A DNA stretch of 63,623 nt, counting the filler, from Reclinomonas americana ATCC 50394 (Eukaryota), in NCBI GenBank assembly GCA_048213135.1. It is 5 parts of 2 records of this genome, joined end to end, with 100 filler letters (N's around TTAATTAATTAA, not from the genome) between each part and the next. Parts side by side here need not be neighbours in the genome. Positions count along the whole stretch, not along the records: positions 26,881 to 43,330 come from PS015181.1; positions 43,431 to 60,965 come from PS015181.1; 3 more parts are not named here. One strand, 5' to 3'. Position numbers and translations under genes: made by a program. Positions within the stretch are counted from its first letter, which is position 1, and the number at the start of each line of letters is the position of its first letter. This document shows, piece after piece, positions 37,031 through 49,167 of this stretch. The notes beneath the pieces were generated by a model. It was given only the letters and a program-made list of their open reading frames with translations, had not been told where the DNA came from and made no database searches.

Positions 37031-40000
37031 TGTGGTGCACAGTGTGAGAAAGGCAGTGGCTGGTAAACAGAGGGGGCACATCAACGCAACTCGAGTCTCC
37101 CGCTCCTCGACGAGCACTGAGGCGCGAGAGTCGAACCGCACGAAGTCTGGCGTGCCGCGGTCCTTCTCGAGGCCGTATTTCAAGCATCGCGCCATGTCGG
37201 GGAGGTCGATGGTGCCGCTCTTGGGCGTCACCACCAGCACGAGGACGCGGTCTTGCTCCACGTCGACTGCGCACGGAGATCGTGATGAGCGACTGTTCAG
37301 CAAACCCCCTCCTTTCCCTTTGCCGCTCACCTCCAACAGACATGGCCGAGTCGCGAATCTCCACTGGCGTCACACGAGTTTCGGCGCGGTGGCAGTACAC
37401 GACGCACTGGTGGCGCTTGAGGTCGGCGGGCGTGCATCGCTCCGTCGGCATGAATACGAAGCGGCGACCCTGCACGAGGCCGCCGGCCATTTGCAGAGAC
37501 TGCGATAGGGTGCGTTGGAGTGGCCGCTGGGCCTCGCAGGCGACAACGAGGATGTTGGTGTTGCTCTGGGGGTCGTCGCTGTACTGCGTCATCCAGCTGG
37601 CGTTGCCTTGCTGCGGGCGCGAGGGGAGCTCGCGGTCGTCGGGGCGGGTGGGACGCGGTGATACCGGCGGCTGAGGGGCGACGACAATGTCGGTGGGCAC
37701 GGTTGCTGCTGGCGCGGCTGCTGTGGCGATTGGTGGCACAGGGCTGCTGCCAGAGGACGAGGCGCCACCGGTCTCCTGAGTGCCGTTGGCATCGAGTTTG
37801 ACTGAGGTGAGGGCGTCGTCGATCTCCTGCTGCATCGCGGATACGTCGCGCCGCGCCTGCGCGATGAAGTCCGCTACCGTCTTCTTGGCGGCATCGCGTT
37901 GGGCGGTGATGGTCGTCAGTTGCTCGGCGAGGCGATTGAATACTTCGGTTGCGGCGGTAAGCTGGCTGCTGAGATCGGCGAATTTGCGGTTGGCTTCAGC
38001 GAGTTGTTGTTGGAGGTTCTTGCAGTCGGCGGTCGAGGCCGCCAGATCGATCTTGAGCTGATCGCGCTCCGAGGTGAGGGTGTAGATCGTGTCCCTGGCA
38101 TCTGCAAGTTCCTGGCGGAGGCGCTCACACTGCGCAACCGAGGCAGCCAGTTGAATCGTGAGTTGATCTCGCACGGTGTTCAGTTCGCTAATGGCGTCCG
38201 CGAGTTGTTGTCGGAGATTTTCACGGTCCGCTCTGAGTTGATCGCATTCCGATCTGAGGGCGCTGATCGTGTCCTTTGCAGTGGCCAGTTCCTGACTGAG
38301 CTGGTCGCGGAATCCAGTGATGGTGCCGATCGTGCTGGTGGACTTGGTAAGCTCCAACTCCTTCTCGTCAAGGCGGGTGAGATTGGCACGAAGCTGCTCG
38401 CCGACCTCCTCCAGTCTCCGCTTGGTGTCGTTGTGAGCAGCCATCTCGGCGGCCAGTTCGCGCTTGGTGATGTAGTGGCTTTCGACTTCCGCGTCGAACT
38501 TCCTCTCCGCCGCAAATGTGGCAGCACGCTCGACCTCCAGCTCGCGCTGTAGAGCCGCCTGCGCGTCCTTCAGAGCGTTGCAGTTGTGAGTGACCGCGTC
38601 GAAGGCCTGTTGCAGCTGCTTGATCTGCTTGCCGGCCTCGACTTGCTCCGCAGCAGCCTGTTTGGCCGCCACCAACATATCCTCTCGCAGGTCTCGAACT
38701 TGGTTGTTGGCCGTGTCTCGCTCTGCCTGCAAGTGCCTGACTTGCTCATGCAGCTCCCGAATTTGCGTGTTGCTGCGCTCCCGCTCCACTTGCTGCTGCC
38801 GCGCCTGCCCGTTTGCAACCCGCAACTCTTCTTGCAGCCGCTCGCATTCGACAACCCGCTCTTGCACCGCTGCCTTCAATGTGGCACACTCCGCCTTCCA
38901 GCAGTCGACACAGTCGTGCACGGCTTGCTCCAGGGCTGCTTCTGCTTCGTGTGCTCCCCGAGGTTGCTGTTGCACCTGGCCACGGTACGGCTTTTGCTGT
39001 TGTTGACTCGGTTTGTTGTCTGCCAAGTACAGGCGCAGCTTGTCAGCAGCCTTGACGAGGCAATCCAGGTTAGCAAGCGCCAAGTCTCGCTCCTGGATAA
39101 CACTGTGGACAGCCACAGTTACATCAACAGCGACGTCACCGGAGCTGCGTTGAAGTGCCTTCGCGAGCGCGGCACAAATGTCGCGCATTGTTGTTGTCGT
39201 GTCGTCAACGATCTCGGCAAGTGTGGCTTGTTCGTGCCGTAGGCGACGTGGCAGTACCGCTGACAGGCGGTGTATGGCATCGATGCCCATGTCAATCATG
39301 TCGCGTACGGCTGCCTCGAGACTGCTCGCTGGCTTGGTCGGCATGGCCAGTCGCAACTGATTGAGAAGTCGCAGATGGTGATCCACGACGCGGGCTGCAG
39401 CGAACTCGAAGTTGCAGACGCCCTCGTCAGGTACATCGTCCATTAGCAGCGACGTCAGTTGAGTGGCTGACCGGGTGATCACTGTCTCTCGTGCCTGCCA
39501 AGAAGCTTCAACACGAGCGACGACGTCGGTGAGGCTGAGCGGTTGCTGGCGATCCTGCGCAGGTACCAAGGCCGCCAACGCACCAATGACCTGTTGCTGC
39601 TGTTGAGTCAGGCCGTACTTGGATTCTGCTACGCGCCGCGTCACGTCCATGTCGCGCCGCTCAGCCGACGGCCAACCGAGCAGCTGTTCTTGGAACTCGA
39701 TGGTGGGCTCGACAACTTGCCGATGCATGTGTTGCAACAGTCGCTGAAGTCGGGCTGGTGTGTCTGCATCTGGTGTTGGTGTGTCTGCATCTTGTGTTGG
39801 TGTAGTTGCGCAGCCGTATGCCGTTTCGAATCCTTTGATAGTTGCGTCCACCTGAGTCAGCCACTGGGATTGCGCCTCACTGAGGATGCAAGCAAGCCTG
39901 CTTTGCAATTGCTGTCGCGCAGCGTCCAGTGACTCGCGAAGCTGTTGCTCACAGTTGTCGTCACTCGATGCAGTTGAGGTACCCTCAGAAGTGCTGCGCC

Positions 40001-41668
40001 AGTGATCCAGGTCCACCTCAGGGTTGAAGTCAAGTCGCGCCAATCGATCCAAGGCGCACATGAAGAGCGCGCCGCGCTCCTCCATTGTCGACATGATGGC
40101 AAGGGTAGCGCACTCCGAATCGCGGACCCTGGTGTGCAAGGACTCATTGGCCCCTCTGAGATCGAACACAGCGTTGCGGAGTTCCGCGACATTCCGCTCA
40201 GTCTCGGCACGATCATCTTGCAGCGCCTTGAACTGAGTTTGCAAGTGATCCGCTCGAGTCTTCTCGTCGGCAGCCCTCTTCTCGGCAGACGCAAGATGGT
40301 CCGTGAGTGCCTTCAGGGAGGCGTTGACGTCCTCAAGAATTGGGGCGCGGCCGGCGGCACCTCGAAGATCCTCAAGATCGCGTTGTTGTTGTGCGACCGT
40401 TGCTTCGAGATCGCCGTTGCTCGTGATGGCGTCCTCGAATCGCCTCTTCACTTGTTGCAATTCCAGCTCCTTGACCGCCAGAGTTGCAGTCAAGTGGCCA
40501 ATTTCCTTGCTGGCATTAGCCAGCTGCCGAAGAACCTCGCCATTTTCCGACAACGGGGTGTGGGCAGCTGCGTCGTGGCTCAGGCGGTCGCGCTCATCCG
40601 ACACTTCGGCAAGGCTTCGTTTGAGCTTGTCCAACTCCTCTTGCTGCTGGTCCAGTTCCTTGACGAGTCCCTCGAGAGTCTGGCGCACTTGCATCTCAGC
40701 ATAGGCGCCATGGCCATTGCCGCTGCGACACTGCCGCAGCAGCTCGCGCACTCGCGTTTGTATGTCGTGCCGTGAACTCTCCCCGTCGACAAGGACAAAG
40801 TCTGCAGCGGCACTGGCAGGAGGCAATCTCTGCTGCGGCGTCGTTGGCATCGACGCCGCTGAGCAAGACGCCCGAAGTGCTGCGGCACGACGCGCATACT
40901 CGGCATTCAGCCGTTCGCGCTCGATCGGACTCAGGATGCTGAGCTTGTTGTCACGTTCAGTCACCATCCTGTAGGCCTCTTCGGCTGTCCGCTGCCACTC
41001 GATTGCTTGCGTCTGAAGAGTGCGCACTTGATTGTCACGCTCCGCAAGCTTCGTGATCTGCTCTTCTCGCTCCGCCGCGAGCTCTTCAAGTTGAAGTACC
41101 AGTTCGTCCCGTGCGTGCTCCGCCTCCACCCGAAGGCGGTACTCGTCGTCCCACGACCTCTTGGGTGGCCTCGCAACCACAAGGCGATTTACATGCCATC
41201 CGAGGTGTTCGTCCTTGACGCAGTCGTGCAAAGAACTCAGACGCCATTCCTCCTTGTTTGACTGGTCGATCACGTAGAACTGCGACCGTGAACGTAAGCA
41301 GACAAGTTATACACACAGAGAGTGTGTGTGGTGTGTGTGTGTGTGGAGAGAGAGAAAGTAGGGAGGGGGAAGAGACACACACAGCTCACCATAAAGCGTC
41401 GATCACCGCCTTCCAGATGCATGCAAACTCTCCAGTTCTGCTCAGCGTTATCGTACGTCGCCTTCTTGACGCCAGGAGGAGGTTCCTGGTCGGAGGTAAA
41501 CCGAGGCCATTGCGACGTCTTCAAGTCCTTGACGCCCACGTACACTGACAGCAACGATCATGTTAGCTGCACAACAAGATTGTTGGCGTTGCAAATGAAT
41601 CTACCTTGCTTTATCGGCGTCTGTGGATCTTCGCGCATTCGCTTGTATCGCAGCACTACGCGCCCCAT
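36958..41668 (-). CDS. Family gene C: CBM48-like N-domain + extended coiled coil + C-terminal domain type 2 (about 1471 aa)
   Basis: Exons 41668-41605, 41544-41390, 41279-37331, 37266-37091, 37029-36958; N-terminus homologous to A/B, C-terminus homologous to E; ends TIARDELVQFVRTAVVPVLPERE*. Confidence 0.85.
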
Positions 41669-42069
41669 ATTCTCCTCTGTCACACGCACTTCACTCGATG
41701 CACCGTGTCTCTCTTCGCTCGCTTGCAACACGAAAAAGAATAGGCTGTCAATCGTCAGTCGGTCTTGACCTGTCATTTCTGCCGTGTTTCTCGCTGTTGT
41801 CCGGCCCGGCAATCATGCACTGCTTCGCCGAGCTCTGTTCTCTTGCGTTGCCTCCTCTCCAACCTTCCAACCACGGTGCAAAAAGAGTCTGACAACATTT
41901 CTGAAATGCTCGTCGCCCACAGCATGCCGCTTCGCGCCTGACAAGTGCGCCATCACATCTCCTCACAAAAACCAACAAGAACGGACGGAGCTCTTATGTC
42001 AGCTGCTGCGTGCATGTCCCTTGCAAGATAAACATGCATGGAAAGCGCGCGCGCATGTCGGAGAATTTT

Positions 42070-42121
<52 letters not shown>

Positions 42122-42330
42122 TCGTGTCGACCGCTTAGTTCCTCACGCAGTAGCCAGTGACCTTGCGCTATGTTCATCAACGACCGGCGTGGTGTCGACC
42201 ACTCGCCTCTATCATTCTCCCTTCCGCCCATTTCACCTTACCGTTCCCGCTCCAGCTCTCTTAAGCCGTCAATGAACTCTGTTTTCTTTCATTGCATCGC
42301 CATCACCATCACCAACTCTCCTCCCTCGAC

Positions 42331-42806
42331 TCAATCAAACCACGCTGCCGCCCCCCGCATCGCCGCAGTTCCTTCCCGCGTAAGTGCCAGCTTGTCTGCA
42401 CAGAAACGCCACTCAATCAGCACACCACTCCCTACCACCCACACCCCTCCATGGCCACCCCCACACTCACTTGTCTTTACTTCCTGGGTGACCACCAAGA
42501 AGAACAGCTCCTCCTGCGACGACACCACGTCCGGCACCAGTCGCTCGCGAACCAGCGGCACCACCGTGGCGGCACTGGCCTCCGCCACCATGATCACCAG
42601 CACCGATCGGCCGTCCTTGAGGTCCACTGCGAAGACAAGAGAGTGAGCCACACCAGAAGAAAGGAGAGGGGGGAAGAACACCGCAACAACTGCAAGGAAG
42701 AGGAACAGGAGAAAGAGAAGAAGAAGAGCAACAACAACAACAACAACAACAACAACACCACCACCACCACCACAACAACAACAACAACAACAACAACAAC
42801 CACAAG

Positions 42807-42837
<31 letters not shown>

Positions 42838-44905
42838 GCAATAACAATAACAACAACAATGTCAACAACAGCAACAATAACAACAACGTGAGGGAGAACA
42901 CGAAACAGAATGAGGAGAAGGAGAAGTAGAAGAAGGAAACGACGATATAATTAAGGAGGAGGAGAAGAACAACACCAACAACAACAACATGTACAACAAC
43001 ATGAAGGGGAAGAAGAAGGAGGAGGAGGAGGAGGATGAGGAGGAGGAGCTCGAGGAGAAAAACAAGAACAAGAAAAGGAGAAGAGGAAAACTTCAGGAAG
43101 ACAACATGAAGGAGGATATTAGGAAGGAAGTACAGTAGCAGAGACAAGGACAGCAAACAGCAACAACAACAAGAAAGACCAGGAAGAGGAACACGAGGAG
43201 GAGAAGGAGAAGAAGAACAAGAAAAAGAAGAAGGAAGAGAGTCAGGAGGAAGAGAACAGAAGAAGAACATCAACAACCCAACAACAACAACAAGCAAAAG
43301 AAGAAAAGACCAAGACCAACTTTCTCCTCCNNNNNNNNNNNNNNNNNNNNNNNNNNNNNNNNNNNNNNNNNNNNTTAATTAATTAANNNNNNNNNNNNNN
43401 NNNNNNNNNNNNNNNNNNNNNNNNNNNNNNTCCACCCCTTCCCCTTCCTTACCTCCACCCCCTCCCTCCTCCCCCCGCCCGCCCTCCTCACCACCTCCAC
43501 ATCACCCACCACCCCCACCCCACCCCCCCTCCTCCGCCACCACCACATCCATCACCAACATCACCCCCACCTCCGGCCCCGCCCCCGCCGCATTCTCACT
43601 CCAATCCCACCCATTGCCACCGCCACGATTGTGCATCGACAGCTGCCAGCGGAGGCTCCCAAACGCCTCCGCGCGGCAGCCGACGGTGCCGTTGATCACC
43701 TTGACCTTCGGGAAGGTGCGTCGCTCGCCACTCCGTCGCGGCACCATGAGCAGCAGCGGTGTCGGTGGCGGTGGCGAAAGGGCACTGCTCCCCGCAGCGG
43801 CGGAGACAGAGATCTCTGCTGGCGCAGGCGCAGGAGAAGCAGCAGCAGCAGCAGTGACGATAGCCACCGGCGTGACCGGCGCAGGCGAAGTAGGTGCCGT
43901 GGACTCGGCGACGCACTCCTCGAGCAGTTCAATGTCCTCCTCATCCACATCAGGTTGTGAAAGGTCGTCGTCGTCATCATAGACATCGTCGTCGCGGTCG
44001 ACCACAGGCTCGGCGACCATCGTGCTTTCGACCGACAGCAACAGCGGCTGCAACACGTCCAGGTGCTTGCCCACCATTTGCAGCAACCTTTCCAGCTTGG
44101 CATCCATGCGCTCCAACTGCAGCGGCTTGGCCGCCACCTCCTCGGCCTCCAGCAAGCGGCCTCGCAGATGCGCCACTTCTGCCGTGGCCTCGTCAAGAAG
44201 GACGCGCAGCCTGTCCATGTCGGCTTGGGCAGCCTCCTTCTCGGCGCGCACCCTGCCGATCTCGTCATCCTTCTCGGCGCGCAGTTGGCTAATCGCTGCA
44301 TCCGCGGCCTCCTTCTCGAGTCGCACCCTGCCGATCTCCTCGTCCTTCTCGGCGCGCAGTTGGCAAATCGCTGCATCCTTCTCGGCACGCACCCTGCCGA
44401 TCTCCTCATCCTTCTCGGCGCGCACCCTGCTGATCTCGGCATCCTTCTCGGCACGAACCCTGCTGATCTCGGCATCCTTCTCGGCACGCACCCTGCCAAT
44501 CTCCTGATCCTTCTCCGCCCGCACCCTGCCAATCTCCTCATCCTTCTCAGCTCGCACCCTGCTGCTCTCGGCATCGGCGGCCTCCTTCTCGGCCTGCAGC
44601 CTGCCAATCTCGGCTCGCAGTCGACCAACTTCCTCATCGCGAGCCTCCCGATCGGCACGCAGCGACTCGACCTCTGCCCGCAAGGCCTCCTTCTCAGCCT
44701 CCCACGCCTCCTGGGCGATACGCCTCTCCTCAACGAGAGCTTGGAGCGACGCCACAGTCTCCTGTGTCTTTGCGTCGGCCACCGCAAGCTCCTCGGCCTT
44801 GGTGGCCAGCAAGCGATGGAGATCCTGCAACTCTTTCTCAAAATCACGCGGCTCCTCCTTGGGCGCTGCGGCCTCGGCCGGCGCGCGATCGTCCACGTCA
44901 GACAT
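42331..44905 (-). CDS. Family gene D: 11-residue-repeat coiled coil + C-terminal domain type 1 (about 535 aa)
   Basis: Exons 44905-about 43519, 42626-42471, 42395-42331; KVKVINGT..DWSE..VGVMLVMD / VDLKDGRSVLVIMV / NKLALTREGTAAMRGAAAWFD* align with A and B; crosses a scaffolding linker. Confidence 0.8.
42730..42890. repeat. (AAC)n/(ACC)n microsatellite in a gene D intron
   Basis: Directly visible. Confidence 0.9.
44230..44610 (-). repeat. Coding 33-bp tandem repeat encoding (AEKD[E/A]EI[G/S]RVR)n
   Basis: Visible in both DNA and translation. Confidence 0.9.
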
Positions 44906-45672
44906 GTGTGTGTGTGCGTGTGCGCAGCAGAGTGCAGAGAGAGAAACGATGCGGGCGGACAACAATCCTGTCAAACCCGGCAGCGGTCTGTCTGTTCCAG
45001 CCAGATTTCTGTATCTGCTTTCACACACACACACACACTCTCTCTCTCTCCGCCAAGTCCTCTCCCTCTGCCTTCCATCCACGAATACACATGCCATGAA
45101 GACGCAAACAAAATCTACCTGACAAGACGTATCTGACAGCAACTCAAACTCCGGCATCACTTTCATTACAGAAACAACAATCACCCACTGACACACACGC
45201 CTATGGTCCGTCGACAACAGACAAAATAAAGTACGCTCGCACACGCACGTAAAGGAAAAAACGGGACAGCAGACTATGCTGTGAGGCCGTATTTGGCCAT
45301 CGTGTCCAGGATCTCGCGTTCATGCAACCTGTTTTTGGAGGTGAGAACGAATGCAATCAGCGAGTGGCAACCAGGCCTCTCTCAGCCACTTTAGCCTTTT
45401 TGTTTCTCTCTCTCTCTCGCTTCCCTCTCAGCCTCTTTCGCCTTTGTCTCTCTCTCTCTCTCTCACACCCTCTTTCGCCATTTTGTGTCTCTCACTTCTC
45501 TCTCTCACACAGCACTCTCTCTCTCTCGAATCACTCTGCTGCTGCCTTTAGCCGCCAGTCGCAGCTGGTGAANNNNNNNNNNNNNNNNNNNNNNNNNNNN
45601 NNNNNNNNNNNNNNNNNNNNNNNNNNNNNNNNNNNNNNNNNNNNNNNNNNNNNNNNNNNNNNNNNNNNNNNN

Positions 45673-45764
<92 letters not shown>

Positions 45765-45772
45765 CTACTCTA

Positions 45773-45834
<62 letters not shown>

Positions 45835-45845
45835 TCGCACGCAAC

Positions 45846-48800
45846 TCCACAACGCGCATAATATTCTCATTGGCCTTGGCCCGCTCAATGCCAAAGATCT
45901 TTTCCAGGCGCTCCATTTCCGTCGTATCGGTGACCTACAGCTCACATAGTAAGCCTCAATTACATGCACACACGCAGCTGCTGCGGCGAGACGCACATTG
46001 GCCTTGATCTGCTCCCTCTGATTCTCTTTTTCTTGCTCCTCCTCCAGCAGTGCGAGGAGATCCTGGTTCTGTCGCTTCTTCAGCAACTCAATGCGCTCCC
46101 ACCCGGCGTTGGTGCCACTCTTGCGCGCCGCCTTGTTGGCCTTGGGCTTTGGCTGCAACACGAGAGGGAAGGTAAGCAGGTGTGCGAGAGGGTGGGGATG
46201 TGCGTGACAAGCAAGGAACCTTGGCCGGTTGTCTCGGGGCGTAGGCCGCAGCGGCTTGGTGCGTGGCCGACGAGGGTGAGCTGTGGGTTGGGCTGATGGG
46301 TGGTTGCTGGCGGCGGGGTCTGTGGGGGAGGGGAGAGGGAGAGGGGGTGAGAGGGGAAAGGGAAAGGGAGAGGGGAAACTGAAATAGAGAAGGAATCGTT
46401 CAGTGGGAATTAGAAAGTGAGAGAATGAATGATACCGAGGGTGAGCGAGAGGAGGCGAAAGAAGAGTAGAAAGAGCAGAGCAACAGCGACGCAGGAGAAT
46501 GAGTGAACGTGACGGCGGAGCTGTGGAAAAGAGGTGGAATGAAAAGCGACAATGAAAGTTGGGAAAGATAGAGGGGAAGAAAGGAGAACGAAGAGAGGAT
46601 AAGAAGTGCAAGTAAACAGTGGGAACAAACCGGTAAGCTTGTGAAAAACGACAGTGGGGAAGACGGTACAGGGAAAGGAGAAGGAAAAGGGAAATTGTAA
46701 TGAGTGGGTCGACAATGCAATGTAGGATTATCCATAAGCGATGTCATTCTGGCACGCTATCTGCACAGTCCTGGAGAACGACAGACAGCGAGAGAGAGAG
46801 AGAGAGATCTGCGTAAACAGTGTGCTCCTTTGCTCTCTGCGTATGATGTCCTCGTGCATGTCTGCCTGTTTGTGAGGAAAGAGAGAGAGAGGAAGAGCGA
46901 GAGAGAGAGAGAGAGAGAGAGACAGAGGAGAGAAGAACAAGGAGAGACAGGAAAAGAGACAGGAAATGTGAGATTGGCACCTCATTCCGTCCTCTGCAAT
47001 CTCTCGTCCCTCTCCTACCACATTCCTGCTGCCAGCAACAGTCCAAGAGCACAGAGACGATGGGTGTTGGATCAGAAAGGGATGAGGAACGTGCAGAGTG
47101 TGTGTGTGAGAGAGAGAGAGAAGAAAAAAGAGAAAGAAGAGAGAGATGACGGAATAAACAAGACTGCGATGCCAGTCTCTCAACACAATAACAAAGAGAC
47201 AGAGAAGACACAATACAAAGACAGAGAGAGATGCGTGACAACCAAGAATGCAATACCAGCCTCTCAACACAATGACGAGACAGAGAAAACACAACACAAA
47301 AAGAGAGAGATGCGAGACGAACGAGAATGCAATGCCAGCCTCTCAACACAATGACAGAGACAGAGGAGACACAGTGCAAAGACAGAGAGAGATGCGTGAC
47401 AAGCAAGAATGCAATGCCAGCCTCTCAACGCAATGACAAAGAGGCAGAGAAAACACAACACAAAGACAGAGAGAGATGCGAGACAAGCAAGAATGAAATG
47501 CCAGCCTCTCAACACAACAACAAAGATACAGAGAAAGCACAACACAAAAACAGAGAGATGCGTGACAAGCAAGAGTAAAGCCAGCCTCTCAACATAACAA
47601 CAAAGAGACAGAGAAAGCACAATACAAAGACCGAGAGATGCGTGACAAGCAAGAGTAAAGCCAGCCTCTCAACACAACAACAAAGATACAGAGAAAGCAC
47701 AACACAAAAACAGAGAGATGCGTGAAAAGCAAGAGTGATGCTAGCCTCTCAACACAATGACAGAGACAGTGAAACTACATACAAAGACGAGAGATGCGTG
47801 ACACGCAAGAATGCAATGCCAGTCTCTCAACACAATAACAAAGAGACAGAGAAAACACAATACAAAGACAGAGAGATGCGTGACAAGCAAGAGTGCAATA
47901 CCAGCCTCTCAACACAATGACAGAAAGACAGAGAAAACACAATACAAAGGCAGAGAGAGATGCGAGATAAACAAGAATGCAATGCCAGCCTCTCAACACA
48001 ACAACAAAGAGACAGAGAAAACACAACGCAAAAACAGAGAAAGAGATGCGAGACAAGCAAGAATGGAATGCCAGCCTCTCAACGCAAAGACGCTCCACTC
48101 TCTCTGTCTCTCTCTCCCTCACTCCTCTTTCTCCCCCCTCTCTCTCTCGCCCCCCTCTCTCCCTCTCTCGCCCCCCCTCTCTCTCTCGCTGAGATGTTTG
48201 CAATCTCAGAGAACAGAATACAATAAATGAAAGGAGGATCTGAGCGAAACGGAGAGGTGCGTTACACGACGAGCAGAAAGGACAGAGACGACGAGTAAAA
48301 CGAGATAACCCATGCAGATTCGACAATGTAGCGCCACGTGAAGACACCCAGCTCTTTCGAGGCAGAAGATATTCAAAAATACTGCCCTTTCTTCCTCTTT
48401 CGCATCCTTCCCCTTCTCTCCTTCTCCCTCCCTCCCTCCTTCCCCCTCTCCCTCCCCCTTTCCCCTCTTCGCCCTTTCGACTCACTTGATCGGCTTGGTC
48501 GGCACCCCCAAATCCGACGACATGCCATGCCCACTCATCGCTCCCGACTCGGAAGCCGCACTTCCCACGGGCGGCGGTGGTCCCGGCACAGTGGTGGTCA
48601 CAATAGTCGGCGCTGCGAGTGACATGAGCGCCTATCAATAGACATCTCCTCTCTCTCATCACACAAACCTTGCACCACTTGCTTGCGCGGCGGCGGAGGC
48701 CGACGCGGCGCACTGCCAATTGATCGACCAATTGGCGCGGATTGCGGTCGTGACTCGCTCTCCGGAGGTGCAGCCGATGTCGGTGCGCCGTGGCCGTGAC

Positions 48801-48856
48801 CATCTACGAGTAATGGGGAGGAGTGAGCAATGATCCGGGGAAAGGAGAGAGAGAGG

Positions 48857-48888
<32 letters not shown>

Positions 48889-48970
48889 GAGAGAGAGAAA
48901 CATCGCCAAAAAGAACGCAACTCATCGGCGTCCGCGCACTGAGCCTGCCATCCGAGGGCGTTGGCGACAT
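45846..48970 (-). CDS. Hypothetical protein: Pro-rich N-terminus and helical C-terminal domain (LLALLEEEQEKENQREQIKANVTDTTEMERLEKIFGIERAKANENIMR); 3' end probably near 45.5 kb
   Basis: Phase-consistent GT-AG exons at about 48970-48922, 48803-48669, 48612-48487, 46319-46220, 46152-45997 and 45934-45846. Confidence 0.65.
47160..48090. repeat. Intronic minisatellite of about 80 bp, roughly 11 copies
   Basis: Unit gagatgcgtgacaagcaagaatgcaatgccagcctctcaacacaa... Confidence 0.9.
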
Positions 48971-49167
48971 GATCGATCCACCTCTGTGCATTGTCGAAAG
49001 GTAGTCAGCAATAATGACACATGCGCAACACGATAGCAATGCGCTTCTTCTCTTTCCACCAAACAACACTCCCTCCCCTTTCTTCCCCCTCTCCTTTCCC
49101 TCCTCCCTCTCCCTCCCTCCCTTCCCCTTTCTTCCCCCTTTACCCCCTTGCCCTTCTCCCTTCCCTT

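Noticed and set aside
36942-37330. C-terminal extension of the 1443-aa ORF
   Set aside because: Read-through of an intron into the wrong frame; homology with gene E supports splicing at 37331/37266
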